In this document: piece by piece, positions 9,362-19,744 of the stretch
Layout of the letters: each line of letters starts with the position of its first letter
Position numbering within the stretch: the first letter of the stretch is position 1
Assembly: GCA_965206645.1 (NCBI GenBank)
Contig: CBDBKE010000004.1
Location: 608,001 to 672,000, forward strand
Source of the DNA: Terriglobia bacterium
GTDB lineage: Bacteria > Acidobacteriota > Terriglobia > JAJPHL01 > JAPKYU01
DNA length: 64,000 nt
Direction of reading: 5' to 3'
Notes under the pieces: model-generated
What the model was told of the DNA's origin: nothing
What the model saw: only the letters and a program-made list of their open reading frames with translations
Database searches by the model: none
Program-made: the position numbers and the translations under genes

Positions 9362-10464
9362 ACCCGCTCCTTGCGCAGGCGTTCCAGGACTCGCGCCACT
9401 GCGTCGGCTTCGATTCCGGGCACGATTCGCACCTTCCCGATTTTTTCAGGCAGGATAAAATGCAGCACACCCCGATGCGTTTTTTTATCCGCCCGCATGC
9501 GGGCCGCCAGCCTCGCCGGCGCCACGCGACCCAGCGGCGGCAAAGGACCCAGGCTTTTCACTAAGGCGTGGATCCGCTCGGCTTCTGCCTTCGCAATCAA
9601 CCGCTGTTCCTCGGCGAGCAGGGTTGCCGCCCGAAGGCCCCAGGCGACCGCTTCGCCATGCAGGAAATAGCGGTAGCCGGTCTCGGCTTCCAGAGCGTGG
9701 CCGACCGTATGCCCCAGGTTCAAGATGCGTCGCAGCCCGCTTTCTTTTTCATCCCGGGCCACGACCCAGGCCTTGATCGCGACCGAGCGGCGCACCAACT
9801 CGGCCAGTCGGTCGGGATTCCCCTGCAACAGGTCCTCGCGGCGCCGCTCAACAAATTCAAACAGGCCCTTATCAAGAATGATTCCCGCCTTGACGGCCTC
9901 GTACAAACCTGCGCGCAGTTCACGTGCCGGCAGCGTGCGCAACACCTCCGGGTCAGCCAGTACCTGCCGGGGTTGGTAGAAGGTGCCCACTAGGTTTTTG
10001 CCCGAGCGCAGGTTCACACCGGTTTTCCCACCCACCGAGCTGTCAATCTGCGCCAGTAGCGTGGTTGGAATGTGGACATAGTCAACCCCGCGCAGAAAAA
10101 CGGAAGCGACAAAGGAGGTCAGGTCCCCAATCACGCCGCCGCCGAAGCCGATCAGAAGACTATTGCGGTCCGCCCTCTGCCGCACGAGTTGCTCGCATAG
10201 GAGTTCGGCAGTCCGAAAGTTTTTCTGTTGTTCCCCAGGGGGGATGCGCAGTAGACCGTAGATTCGCGGGGCCAGCGCGGAACCGAGTGCCCTGCCCCAA
10301 TTCTTCCAAACAATTTTGTCCGTGACGACCACCCAGGGCCGCCCGGCGGCCACCTTGTCGAGCAGCCGCCCGGCGCGTGCCAGCAAGCCGCGCTCGACCA
10401 GTACTTGGTAGCGCGCGCTGGCCGTGCGCACCGTGATGGCACGAGAAGTTCTTGTCGTCTTCAT
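9358..10464 (-). CDS. aroB: 3-dehydroquinate synthase
   Basis: GGGVIGDL, PTTLLAQIDSSVGGKTGVN, LNLGHTVGHALE. Confidence 0.95.
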   Translation of the reverse strand: MKTTRTSRAITVRTASARYQVLVERGLLARAGRLLDKVAAGRPWVVVTDKIVWKNWGRALGSALAPRIYGLLRIPPGEQQKNFRTAELLCEQLVRQRADRNSLLIGFGGGVIGDLTSFVASVFLRGVDYVHIPTTLLAQIDSSVGGKTGVNLRSGKNLVGTFYQPRQVLADPEVLRTLPARELRAGLYEAVKAGIILDKGLFEFVERRREDLLQGNPDRLAELVRRSVAIKAWVVARDEKESGLRRILNLGHTVGHALEAETGYRYFLHGEAVAWGLRAATLLAEEQRLIAKAEAERIHALVKSLGPLPPLGRVAPARLAARMRADKKTHRGVLHFILPEKIGKVRIVPGIEADAVARVLERLRKERV

Positions 10465-10610
10465 ATCCCCAGTTAGCTTGTACCACGCCGATCCCGTCCG
10501 AGAAAAGCGGTCAGGCTAGAAATTCTCGGCGTGGCATGGTGGACGCGTCGAATTGCGGCGTTGCGCGCCTCGCTATCGGAACAGGTCAGGCGTGGTATCA
10601 TCCACTCGAC

Positions 10611-12197
10611 ATGACCCTCCCCGCGGTGACGAACACCGATTTTCTGGTCATCGGGTGCGGCGTGGCTGGTCTGCGAGCCGCAGTGGAACTGGCATCAGCC
10701 GGGCGGGTGATGGTGCTCGCAAAGGACCAACTGTCGGAGTCGGCCAGCCAGTACGCCCAAGGGGGCGTTGCCGTCGCGCTCGGCGACGAGGACGAGGTCA
10801 GGCTGCACCGCCAGGACACATTGCGCGTGGGCGACGAGCTGTGCAGCGAGACGGCAGTAGACGCGCTCGTCGAGGAAGGCCCCCGCTACATTCGGGAACT
10901 CATTGAGTGGGGCACGCAGTTCGACCGCGCCGGAAACAAGCTGGCGTTCACCCGGGAGGGAGCCCACAGCCGATCACGGGTCTTGCACGCCCACGGGGAC
11001 TCGACGGGACGCGAAATCGTGCGGACTCTGTTCGCCCGTGCTCGAGACTTTGGCAAGCAAGTCTGCTTTCACAGCTTTTCCTCCACCACCGAGCTGCTTG
11101 TGGAAGGCGGGCGCGTGGCCGGCGCAGTGGTGTACGACCAGCAGGACAACAGCCTGAAGAGCATTGTGGCCCGCGCGGTGCTGCTGGCTACCGGCGGTCT
11201 GGGCCACGTTTATCGTGACTCCACCAATCCGGAGGTAGCAACCGGCGACGGGGTGGCGATCGCCTACCGTGCTGGCGCCGAGGTGAGCGACATGGAGTTC
11301 GTCCAGTTTCACCCCACGGCGCTTTACCTGAAGGGCGCACCGCGCTTCCTGCTGTCGGAGGCGCTGCGCGGCGAAGGGGCCATCTTGCAGAACGCTGAGT
11401 TCGTCCGCTTTATGCCACAGTATCACCCGGACGCCGAGCTGGCGCCGCGCGACGTACTCTGCCGCGACATTCTCTCCGAGCTGCAGCGCACCCACACCGA
11501 ATATGCCTTTCTCGACCTGACGCACATGGACGCGGAGTTTCTCCGCAAGCGCTTTCCGCGGATTTACTCCACCTGCCTGGAGTTCAACATTGATCTGGCA
11601 ACCGAGCCAGCCCCGGTGCGGCCGGCGGCCCACTATTCAATGGGCGGAGTGGCCACCGATCTGGAGGGGCGCACAACCCTGCCGGGCCTCTATGCGGCGG
11701 GCGAGGTGGCCTGCACCGGCGTGCACGGGGCCAACCGTTTGGCCTCCAACTCGCTCCTGGAGGGTTTGGTCTTTGGAGCGCGGACCGGAAAGGCCATGGT
11801 GTCGGATGCGGTGCCGGAGCCGCCTCCCCATGGCCCAAAGCCGCGGTTGCCCACCCTCGCAGCAGACCCGCAAGCCGGCATCCGCGAACTGCGCGACCTG
11901 TTGTGGAAGCACGCCGGTATCATCCGCTGCGGCAAGGAACTGCGTCTGTTGGTGGAAAGGCTCCAGCAGCGCGCCGAACAGCTAGAGGGGACCTCGGCGG
12001 CCGCCGACACCGGGCCGGCCAGCCGTTCCGCCTTCGAGTACCGTAACATGCTGGTTGTGGCGGAATTGATCGCCAGCGCTGCCTTGGCCCGCGAGGAAAG
12101 CCGCGGCGCCCATTACCGGTCGGACTTCCCTTACAAGGTCGATAAGTTCAGAAAGCACTCCTGCAGCCGCGCTGGCGCCGAGGTGGCTTTCCGCTGA
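10611..12197 (+). CDS. nadB: L-aspartate oxidase
   Basis: IGCGVAGL, YAQGGVA, REGAHS, QFHPT, HYSMGGV, GVHGANRLASNSLLE, REESRGAHYR. Confidence 0.93.
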   Translation: MTLPAVTNTDFLVIGCGVAGLRAAVELASAGRVMVLAKDQLSESASQYAQGGVAVALGDEDEVRLHRQDTLRVGDELCSETAVDALVEEGPRYIRELIEWGTQFDRAGNKLAFTREGAHSRSRVLHAHGDSTGREIVRTLFARARDFGKQVCFHSFSSTTELLVEGGRVAGAVVYDQQDNSLKSIVARAVLLATGGLGHVYRDSTNPEVATGDGVAIAYRAGAEVSDMEFVQFHPTALYLKGAPRFLLSEALRGEGAILQNAEFVRFMPQYHPDAELAPRDVLCRDILSELQRTHTEYAFLDLTHMDAEFLRKRFPRIYSTCLEFNIDLATEPAPVRPAAHYSMGGVATDLEGRTTLPGLYAAGEVACTGVHGANRLASNSLLEGLVFGARTGKAMVSDAVPEPPPHGPKPRLPTLAADPQAGIRELRDLLWKHAGIIRCGKELRLLVERLQQRAEQLEGTSAAADTGPASRSAFEYRNMLVVAELIASAALAREESRGAHYRSDFPYKVDKFRKHSCSRAGAEVAFR

Positions 12198-12221
12198 GAG
12201 GGTGAAACTCGGCGATTTGCT

Positions 12222-13154
12222 TCACTGATCTGCTTCCGCCAGCTTCTCGTCTTGCTTCTTGGGAAAGATCAGCGAAGCGCCCACCGCGCCCGCCAAGACG
12301 GCCACGACCACGCCCAGGGCCACGTGGATGGGAATATGAAAAAAGCCGGAGGCCAACATCTTAGCTCCGACAAACATCAGGATCACGGCCAGGCCATAGT
12401 TCAGGTAGTGAAACATGGACATCAAGCCGGCCAGCGAAAAGTAGAGGGCACGCAGCCCGAGGATGGCGAAGACGTTGGAGGTATAGACAATGAAGGGATC
12501 GCGTGTAATGGCCAGGACGGCGGGAATGGAATCCATCGCAAACATGACGTCGGTGGTTTCCACAACGAGCAAGACCACGAACAGCGGCGTGGCATAGGTG
12601 CGGCGGCCGACCCGATGGAAGAATTTCCCGCCAACGTAGGTCTCGGTAATCGGCATCCAGCGGCGGAAGATGCGCAACACGGGGTTCTTTTCCGGGTCCA
12701 CTTGCCGGTCATGCGCGCCGAATAATTTAAAGCCGGTCCAGACCAAAAATGCCCCAAACACGTAGATCACCCAGTGGAACTTATTGATGAGCGTCACGCC
12801 GGCAAGAATGAATGCGGCTCGCATGACGAGCGCGCCGACGATACCCCAGAACAGCACCCTGTACTGGTGCTCACCTGGCACCCGGAAATAGGTGAACAAC
12901 ATCAGGAAAACGAACAGGTTGTCCACGCTCAGCGACAGCTCAATCAGGTAGCCAGTGACAAACTCAAGCGTCGGCTGCCCACCGCGCCAGAAAAACACCA
13001 GCACGGCAAAGCAACCGGCTAGGCTGATCCAGAAGGCGCTCCAGCGCAGCGCTTCCCGGAGCGCGATGGCGTGGGCCTTGCGGTGAAACACCCCGAGGTC
13101 CAGCACCAGCATGGTGACGACAAAAACGTTAAAAAGAACCCAGAACCAGATCAT
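12222..13154 (-). CDS. TerC/Alx family membrane protein
   Basis: ELSLSVDNLFVF, DVMFAMDSIPA, YTSNVFAILGLRALYF. Confidence 0.9.
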   Translation of the reverse strand: MIWFWVLFNVFVVTMLVLDLGVFHRKAHAIALREALRWSAFWISLAGCFAVLVFFWRGGQPTLEFVTGYLIELSLSVDNLFVFLMLFTYFRVPGEHQYRVLFWGIVGALVMRAAFILAGVTLINKFHWVIYVFGAFLVWTGFKLFGAHDRQVDPEKNPVLRIFRRWMPITETYVGGKFFHRVGRRTYATPLFVVLLVVETTDVMFAMDSIPAVLAITRDPFIVYTSNVFAILGLRALYFSLAGLMSMFHYLNYGLAVILMFVGAKMLASGFFHIPIHVALGVVVAVLAGAVGASLIFPKKQDEKLAEADQ

Positions 13155-13211
13155 GAAGCTCCAATTGTACCCGTTCTCGACTCGCGACGAACGGCCAGGC
13201 GGAAGCGAGCC

Positions 13212-14150
13212 CTATTCTCTATGTTCCAGCGCGGCGATCGTGCCCAGCACAATGCGCCCCACCGCCTGCAGGCTGCGGGCGCTGAGCTTGTCGGGAGTGT
13301 CCTCGGGCGAGTGCCAGAAGGAATTGTTGGGACCGTAGTTCATGTCAATCAGGTCGACGACAGGCAAGCCGATGCGACTAAACGGCACGTGGTCGTCTTC
13401 CACAGCGGTGGTGCGGTCACCGAAGGCGTGCGCCTGCCCCAACTGCTGGGCCACGTCGCGAACCAGCTCATTGAGCCAGCCGGTCGAGTTCAAGTCGCGA
13501 AGCAAGTCCAGGTCGCGGTCGCCCACCATGTCCACCACCAGGACTGCGCTCAGGCGGCGGTGCTCTCCGGCAGTTCGGAGCCGTTCGGCCATACGCCGGC
13601 TCCCGTAAAGAGAGTCGGCCTGAGTCCAACGCCTGCCTAAGGATTCTTCCCCGTCCAGAAAAACCAGCCAGACCTCGCACCAACCGGGCGGCGAATTCTT
13701 CAGCACGCGAGCCAGCTCCAGCAGTAGCCCGGTGCTGGAACCGCCGTCATTCGCGCCAACAAAACGGAATCGCGTTTCCAGCTTAGTGTCGTAATGGCCT
13801 GCGACTAAGACGGCCCGTTTGCTTCTGCCGGGGAATTTGGCCACGATGTTTTTCATTGGGCGGGGCCCGACCGGCGTTGCAGCGGTGAAGGCGTCCACTT
13901 CGGGCTGCACTCCAAGGCGTTGGAGACGCGTCAGGATGTATTGCTGGGCCTTTTCATGCTCGGGGGTGCCGGGAGGCCGCGGGCCAATTTTGGCCAGCGC
14001 GGTGGCATGCTTCAATGCCAGGGCGCCGGAGAAAAAGCGAGGCGCCGGACCAGCTGTGCGGGAGGGTCGCCTCCCCGGGCTCTCCGAAGCACAGGCAGCT
14101 GGCGTGATGGCCAGCAGTAGTGCCAAAAGCAGCGCCGGGCCGGAGTTCAC
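13212..14150 (-). CDS. M28 family peptidase / glutaminyl-cyclase-like lipoprotein
   Basis: GHYDTK, GANDGGSS, FLDGEE, DMVGD, EDDHVPF, WHSPED; GTGA overlap with tatC; lipoprotein-like signal PAAC. Confidence 0.85.
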   Translation of the reverse strand: MNSGPALLLALLLAITPAACASESPGRRPSRTAGPAPRFFSGALALKHATALAKIGPRPPGTPEHEKAQQYILTRLQRLGVQPEVDAFTAATPVGPRPMKNIVAKFPGRSKRAVLVAGHYDTKLETRFRFVGANDGGSSTGLLLELARVLKNSPPGWCEVWLVFLDGEESLGRRWTQADSLYGSRRMAERLRTAGEHRRLSAVLVVDMVGDRDLDLLRDLNSTGWLNELVRDVAQQLGQAHAFGDRTTAVEDDHVPFSRIGLPVVDLIDMNYGPNNSFWHSPEDTPDKLSARSLQAVGRIVLGTIAALEHRE

Positions 14151-15151
14151 GTCGTGCGGCGACGCCGCGTCACCAGCCATACCAGGCCCACGCCGACCAT
14201 GTAAAGAGCCATCATGGGCATGGCGAAAATCATCAGGTTGATAATGTCGGCGGTGGGCGTGACCACGGCTGCCACGATGACGATCAACAGCACCGCGTAC
14301 CGAAAGTTCCGCATCAGAAAGCCCGGGGTCAGAATCCCTAGCAGCCCCAGGAACAACATCAGCACCGGCAGTTCAAAAATGATGCCCAGGCCCAGAATGA
14401 CCGTCCAGAAGGTGTTCATGTACTCGGTGGCCGTGATCCAGGGCACCAGGCGGTCGCCGCCGAAGGTAAGCAGAAACCTGAGGGCAAACGGGAAGGCAAT
14501 GTAGTAGCCGAATAGACCGCCGCCGATAAACAGAGAGGAGCAGAAGAAAACAAAGGGAACTGCGTACCTTCGTTCGCGCCGGTAGAGGCCGGGCGTGATG
14601 AAGGCCCACACCTGGTAGAGGACAAACGGTGAAGCCAGGAACAGGCCAATAATCAGTGCCAGATTTAGGTAGAGCGTGAAGGCATCGGTGGGTTTGATGA
14701 AGTAGAGCTGCTCTTGCATGCCCATGTCCCGAAGGGTGGCCCGCAGCGGCTCCGACATGTGGTCGAAGATCGGTCTTGCAAAACTGAAGCAGATGAAGAA
14801 GGCGACCGCCACTGCGATCAAGGAATAGATGATGCGCTTGCGCAGTTCGTCGAGGTGGTCGAGGAATGACATCTTGACCATCTCTTCTCCCGCAGGCTCC
14901 TCGCCGTCAGGGCCATCGCCTCCGCCAGCCGGAGGAGGCGGCTGGCTCCCCCGGCCGCCAGTTCCTGCTTCGGGCGGCGTTTCATAATCCACTGGGGCGG
15001 AAACTTCTGACCCGTGGTCATCGGAACTCGGGTGGGTTTCTTCTTGCTCCTGCTCGGTTGGAGGGGGAACGGAAGCTGACTCGGCAGTCGGGGTTTCTTG
15101 CTGGGACACGGTCCGGGGATCCTCGGAGGTAGGCGAGAACTCCGGCATCAA
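14147..15151 (-). CDS. tatC: Twin-arginine translocase TatC with acidic/Pro-rich N-terminal extension
   Basis: MSFLDHLDELRKR, YQVWAFITPGLY, FELP, AAVVTPTAD. Confidence 0.95.
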   Translation of the reverse strand: MMPEFSPTSEDPRTVSQQETPTAESASVPPPTEQEQEETHPSSDDHGSEVSAPVDYETPPEAGTGGRGSQPPPPAGGGDGPDGEEPAGEEMVKMSFLDHLDELRKRIIYSLIAVAVAFFICFSFARPIFDHMSEPLRATLRDMGMQEQLYFIKPTDAFTLYLNLALIIGLFLASPFVLYQVWAFITPGLYRRERRYAVPFVFFCSSLFIGGGLFGYYIAFPFALRFLLTFGGDRLVPWITATEYMNTFWTVILGLGIIFELPVLMLFLGLLGILTPGFLMRNFRYAVLLIVIVAAVVTPTADIINLMIFAMPMMALYMVGVGLVWLVTRRRRTT

Positions 15152-15441
15152 TCCTGGCGTTCGCCGCTGGAAGCCTCGGAGCGAGAGCTCCTCTCGTCCA
15201 CTGCTGCGACGCTATTGGCGGAAACCTCGGCGGGGGTTTGGGTGAATTCGTCGAACTTGGTCTCCTGCTCGATGCTATGCATTTCGCGTTCCAGGGAACT
15301 CCGCAACTCCGTGGAAGCCCGGCGAAATTCCGAGATGCCCCTTCCTAACGAGCGACCCAATTCGGGTAACTTCCTGGGCCCAAAGACGAGCAGGGCCACG
15401 ATGAAGATGACGACCATTTCAGGAACCCCGACGTACCCCAT
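15148..15441 (-). CDS. tatA: TatA/TatB family subunit
   Basis: GVPEMVVIFIVALLVFGPRKLPELGRSLGRGISEFRRA. Confidence 0.88.
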   Translation of the reverse strand: MGYVGVPEMVVIFIVALLVFGPRKLPELGRSLGRGISEFRRASTELRSSLEREMHSIEQETKFDEFTQTPAEVSANSVAAVDERSSRSEASSGERQD

Positions 15442-15610
15442 ACTTAAATAGTATTCCTGGAGTCGGGAGGGCGTCAACCTCAAACCAGACTGGCTGGGCC
15501 GCGACGAATCGCCTCCAGGGCTGATGAACCGGGAAGCGAACGCACCGGTTGGTCAGCCCATATGCAAAGCCGGCGCGCATGGTATACTGGTGGGTAACGA
15601 GAACCTGTTC

Positions 15611-17209
15611 ATGAACAGCTTGCGGCGATCCGTGTTGACGATTCCACTGGTGATTCTGTCCTGCGCCGTGTTGGCAGGGGTCTACGGAGGGCAGGTCAAA
15701 GCGACTCCGGGCACCAGCACTGACAATATGCAGGCCAGCCTCAGGCTGCTCACCAAGGTGTACTCGGCGGTGGAGGAAAACTATGCCGACGCGGTAGATC
15801 CGGAGAAGGCAATTTACCAGGGGGCAATTCAAGGGATGTTGCGGACCCTGGACCCCCACTCGAATTTCTTCGATCCCAAGAGCTTTCAATTACTGCGAGA
15901 AGAGCAGCGGGGCAAGTACTACGGGGTCGGCATGACGGTGGCTCCACGCGGCGGCAAGACCATCGTGGTGGCGCCGTTCGCTGGCTCGCCTGCTTATCAC
16001 GCCGGTCTGCGTCCCGGCGACATTATCGCGCAGGTGGACGACACACTCACCGATAACCTGTCCACCAGTGAGGTGGCAGAGTTGCTGAAGGGACCAAAGG
16101 GGACCACCGTCCGGGTCCTGGTGTTGCGCGAAGGTGCTCCGGCACCGCTGAAGTTTGCCATTACCCGCGCCGAGATTCCCCGCCCCAGCATCGAGCACGC
16201 CTTTGAAATTCGGCCCGGCATCGGCTTTATCAGGATCGCCAACTTCAGCGAGACCGCCAGCCGCGAACTGGCCAAAGCGCTCAGGAAACTGAATCAAAAG
16301 AACCTTCACGGACTGATCCTGGACCTGCGGGGCAACCAGGGCGGGTTGCTATCGGAAGGCGTCAGCGTCGCCGACATGTTCCTGAGCCGGGGCCAAGTGG
16401 TTGTCAGCCACCGCGGACGCGCTTCGGGCGAAAAGGTCTACCGGGCTACGCGAGGCAACGGGGGAGTGATGTATCCGTTGGTGGTGCTGATCGACCGCCA
16501 GAGCGCCAGTGCCGCAGAGATTGTGGCGGGCGCGGTGCAGGACCACGACCGCGGTCTGGTGGTCGGCGAAACCAGCTTTGGCAAAGGCTTGGTACAAACC
16601 GTGTACCCGCTCAGAGAAAACACGGGGTTGGCCCTGACCACCGCTAGGTATTACACGCCCAGCGGTCGCCTGATCCAACGAGAGTTCACCGGTATTACTC
16701 TTTACGACTACTACTATTATCGGGACAAAGACGAATCGGACGACACTGAGCGCCCAGGGCGACAAATTCGGATGACCGACAGCGGGCGCCCCGTCTACGG
16801 CGGGGGCGGAATTACCCCCGATGTGAAGATGTTGACGCCGCCCCTGAAGGGCTTCCAGCGCACCCTGGGGCGGAAATACGCGTTGTTTAACTTCGCCAGG
16901 TTTTACCTCGCTACCCACGAGACGATAGGCCGGGACTTTCAGGTAGACGAGTCGGTGCTGGACGAGTTCCGACGGTTTCTGGATAGGGAGAAGATCGTCT
17001 ACACCGAAGAGGATATTCAGGAACACCTGGAGATCATCCAGCGGCGCATCAAGCAGCACCTGTTTATTTCGGTTTTCGGAAAAATGGAAGGGGACCGGAG
17101 CGCTCTTGAGACCGACCGGCAGGTGTTGAAGGCGATCGAACTTCTGCCAAAGGCCAAAGAACTGACGGAGACCGCCCGGAGAACTTTGGCGCAACAGCTG
17201 AACCGCTAG
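15611..17209 (+). CDS. S41 carboxy-terminal processing protease (PDZ)
   Basis: LDPHS, DLRGNQGG, SASAAEIVAGAVQD, SFGKGLVQ, TARYYTPSGR. Confidence 0.92.
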   Translation: MNSLRRSVLTIPLVILSCAVLAGVYGGQVKATPGTSTDNMQASLRLLTKVYSAVEENYADAVDPEKAIYQGAIQGMLRTLDPHSNFFDPKSFQLLREEQRGKYYGVGMTVAPRGGKTIVVAPFAGSPAYHAGLRPGDIIAQVDDTLTDNLSTSEVAELLKGPKGTTVRVLVLREGAPAPLKFAITRAEIPRPSIEHAFEIRPGIGFIRIANFSETASRELAKALRKLNQKNLHGLILDLRGNQGGLLSEGVSVADMFLSRGQVVVSHRGRASGEKVYRATRGNGGVMYPLVVLIDRQSASAAEIVAGAVQDHDRGLVVGETSFGKGLVQTVYPLRENTGLALTTARYYTPSGRLIQREFTGITLYDYYYYRDKDESDDTERPGRQIRMTDSGRPVYGGGGITPDVKMLTPPLKGFQRTLGRKYALFNFARFYLATHETIGRDFQVDESVLDEFRRFLDREKIVYTEEDIQEHLEIIQRRIKQHLFISVFGKMEGDRSALETDRQVLKAIELLPKAKELTETARRTLAQQLNR

Positions 17210-17377
17210 GAAACTGCCCGCCGGAAATCTATCCAACCGTGTGGTGGGAAACGGCGAAAGGCCCACCTCGGACCTTCCGCGGCGGGATTTGAGAAGATTC
17301 CGACCCCTGGCCTCCGTTTGTGACCCACATTACTGGCCCTGCGACGCCCACACGAAATCAGGCGCGGCGGGTTTGAC

Positions 17378-18670
17378 TCAGGCCAGCTCCCGCAGCACCT
17401 CTTCGGCTGCGTCCAGACTCCGTTCGATATGTTGTTCGTCGTGGCTGAAGCTGATGTGGTTTCGCTTCAGGTTGAAAGGCAGTTCAAACATGCCGCGCTC
17501 GAGCATCTTTTGACGGTAGGCGACGAAACGCTTTTCGTCATTGCGCAACAGGTCGGTGTAGCTTTCGACCGGACCTTCCAGAAAGTACAGGAGGAAGACG
17601 GAGCCGAAGCCAGCCACCGTAGCCGGCAGGCCGACCCGCCGCGTGATCTCCTCCAAGCCAAGCCGCATCTTCTCCCCCAAGCGGAAGATGTGCTCATGAA
17701 CCCTCCGAGTTTCAAGTGTTTCAATGGTCGCCAGCGCCGCCGCGCACCCAAACGGATGGCCATTGTAGGTACCGGCAAAGTACACATCGCCGTCCGGATG
17801 AGTACTGAACCTGTCCATCCATTCACGCTTCCCGGCCACGGCCGCAATGGGATAGCCGTTGGCGATGGCTTTCCCTAGCGTCGTCAGGTCCGGTGTAACG
17901 CCGCAGATTTTCTGGTAGCCACCGAGACTATGGCGGAACCCGGTGATGACTTCATCAAAGATCAAGAGGATGCCCTCGCGCCGGGTGATCTCTCGCAGAC
18001 CCTGAAGGAATCCGGGCTTCGGCAGCACGCAGCCAATGTTGTGAGGAATCGGCTCCAGAATGATCGCGGCGATTTGCCTGCTGTTCTCCTTGACAGCTTT
18101 CTCGACACCATCCAGATCGTTGAAGTCGCAAACCAAGGTATTGGCGATGACCTCGGGTAGGGTCCCGGCAGAAAGCGGATCCTTCTTCCCCAGCCTGCCG
18201 GGCTGGCTAATCACGTTCATGGCCACGCTGTCGTGCCAACCGTGATAACAGCCCTGGAACTTGATGATCTTCTTTCGCCCGGTCACCGCCCTGGCCAGCC
18301 GGATCGCGTGGTAGGTAGCCTCGGCACCGCTGTTGCACAGAAGGACCTTCTCAGCGGCGGGAACATGCTGGCAGATCTTGTGAGCCAACTCGATCTCCAA
18401 CTCGGTCAGACCCGTTCCCAGAAGATCGATCTGTTGCATCGCCTCGGCCACCCGGCAGTTCACTGCCTCAAAGTTGTGACCGAGAATGATTGGCCCGAAG
18501 GCGCCGTGATAATCAATGTAGCGATTTCCATCCGCGTCCTGAAGAACCGCCCCGTGCGCCTCCGTGAAGACGAGCGGTGGCTCGATCCTCCGGATGGAAG
18601 TATTTACGCCGCCGGGGATGACCTCGAGCGCGTCTCGAAATAGCTGGCTGCTTCGATGGTGGGTCGTCAT
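17378..18670 (-). CDS. Class III aminotransferase, glutamate-1-semialdehyde aminomutase-like
   Basis: IPGGVNTS, NSGAEAT, GCYHG, FDEVITGFR, LGKAIANG, AGTYNGHP. Confidence 0.85.
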   Translation of the reverse strand: MTTHHRSSQLFRDALEVIPGGVNTSIRRIEPPLVFTEAHGAVLQDADGNRYIDYHGAFGPIILGHNFEAVNCRVAEAMQQIDLLGTGLTELEIELAHKICQHVPAAEKVLLCNSGAEATYHAIRLARAVTGRKKIIKFQGCYHGWHDSVAMNVISQPGRLGKKDPLSAGTLPEVIANTLVCDFNDLDGVEKAVKENSRQIAAIILEPIPHNIGCVLPKPGFLQGLREITRREGILLIFDEVITGFRHSLGGYQKICGVTPDLTTLGKAIANGYPIAAVAGKREWMDRFSTHPDGDVYFAGTYNGHPFGCAAALATIETLETRRVHEHIFRLGEKMRLGLEEITRRVGLPATVAGFGSVFLLYFLEGPVESYTDLLRNDEKRFVAYRQKMLERGMFELPFNLKRNHISFSHDEQHIERSLDAAEEVLRELA

Positions 18671-18819
18671 CTTCGCTCTGCGCCCCTTCCCTACCTCATG
18701 GGATCGAAAACCCTCGGATACCTTAAAAATCCTCGCCTGAAGGGCGGACTAGTACTGAACAAAAAGCAGCAGTACTCCATTTCCTGTTCGGCCACAACCA
18801 GGCAGGCACGGTGCTGCTG

Positions 18820-19563
18820 CTACTCGGCGGCGCTCATGACCCACAGCAAACCGTTCAGCAGGTGGGTCCGGAAAAGCTCGTCAGCCCAGACCCCCGGGTG
18901 GTGCCCCAGCGAGGAGTAAAAGACCCGCCCTTTGCCATATGTGCGCGTCCAAGTCACGCCGAAGTCTTTGTCGGCGCGGCGGATGTCCTTGTTGTTTAAA
19001 CTCACCGAATCTGTGTCCAAGCTGAGCAGCACGTGCACCTTGTCGCGTGACCAGTTTCGGAACTGGTAGATCTCGTCGTTGAGGGTGAAGCCCTCGCCCA
19101 GGTGCCGGGTGGCCGGGTGGTTGCGGTCCTCCACCTTTATGCGCACTTCCTGGAACCAGGGATGCCCGTCGAGATAGCCGCCGATCAGCTCCCCGTACGC
19201 TGGCCACCGGTAGAAGGTGTCGGTAGCGCTGTGGACACCCGCAAGTCCTTTGCCCCCGTGGACAAAATCCAGCAGCGCTTGTTTCCGCTCCTCGGAAATG
19301 GGTAGCTCTCCGCTCGTAAAGAACAACATCGCGTCATAGTTGTTCAAGTTCTCTGCGGTGAGTACGCTGCAGTCATCGGTGGCCGTGGTCTGGAAGGCGC
19401 CACTTTCCTCTCCGATTTGTTTCACGATCGGTCCGGCCATGACCGCGCTGTCGTGCTGGTAGGTTTGGTTTAGATCCCCATCACCACCGGCTGCCGCATG
19501 ATACAGGTAGAGCACTCGACGCTTGGAACCGCCTGAAGTCATCACAGCCGCCCCCCTTACCAC
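18820..19563 (-). CDS. ThuA-like domain protein
   Basis: GVHSATDT, GHPW, DEIYQF, YGKGRVFYSSLGH. Confidence 0.85.
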   Translation of the reverse strand: MVRGAAVMTSGGSKRRVLYLYHAAAGGDGDLNQTYQHDSAVMAGPIVKQIGEESGAFQTTATDDCSVLTAENLNNYDAMLFFTSGELPISEERKQALLDFVHGGKGLAGVHSATDTFYRWPAYGELIGGYLDGHPWFQEVRIKVEDRNHPATRHLGEGFTLNDEIYQFRNWSRDKVHVLLSLDTDSVSLNNKDIRRADKDFGVTWTRTYGKGRVFYSSLGHHPGVWADELFRTHLLNGLLWVMSAAE

Positions 19564-19615
19564 TACCCTCTTCCTACCAAGTGCTGCTGGCCAGGTGCTG
19601 CCGGGTAAATACGAA

Positions 19616-19744
19616 CTATTTGCGAGTGTTAGCCTCTATCTGATCCAGCACCTTAAGGATCCGATTGGATTTGCGTATGATCACCGTCGGAAAGTAAATC
19701 GTGACAGCCGTAATGAGCAGCAGACACACGATAAGCCATTCCAT
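19616..19744 (-). CDS. Small 42-aa single-TM protein (not in ORF track)
   Basis: AAGGAGG RBS 5 nt before ATG; translation MEWLIVCLLLITAVTIYFPTVIIRKSNRILKVLDQIEANTRK. Confidence 0.7.
   Translation of the reverse strand: MEWLIVCLLLITAVTIYFPTVIIRKSNRILKVLDQIEANTRK

Noticed and set aside
13155-13211. yybP-ykoY Mn riboswitch upstream of terC
   Set aside because: The gap is only 57 nt and no recognisable motif is present
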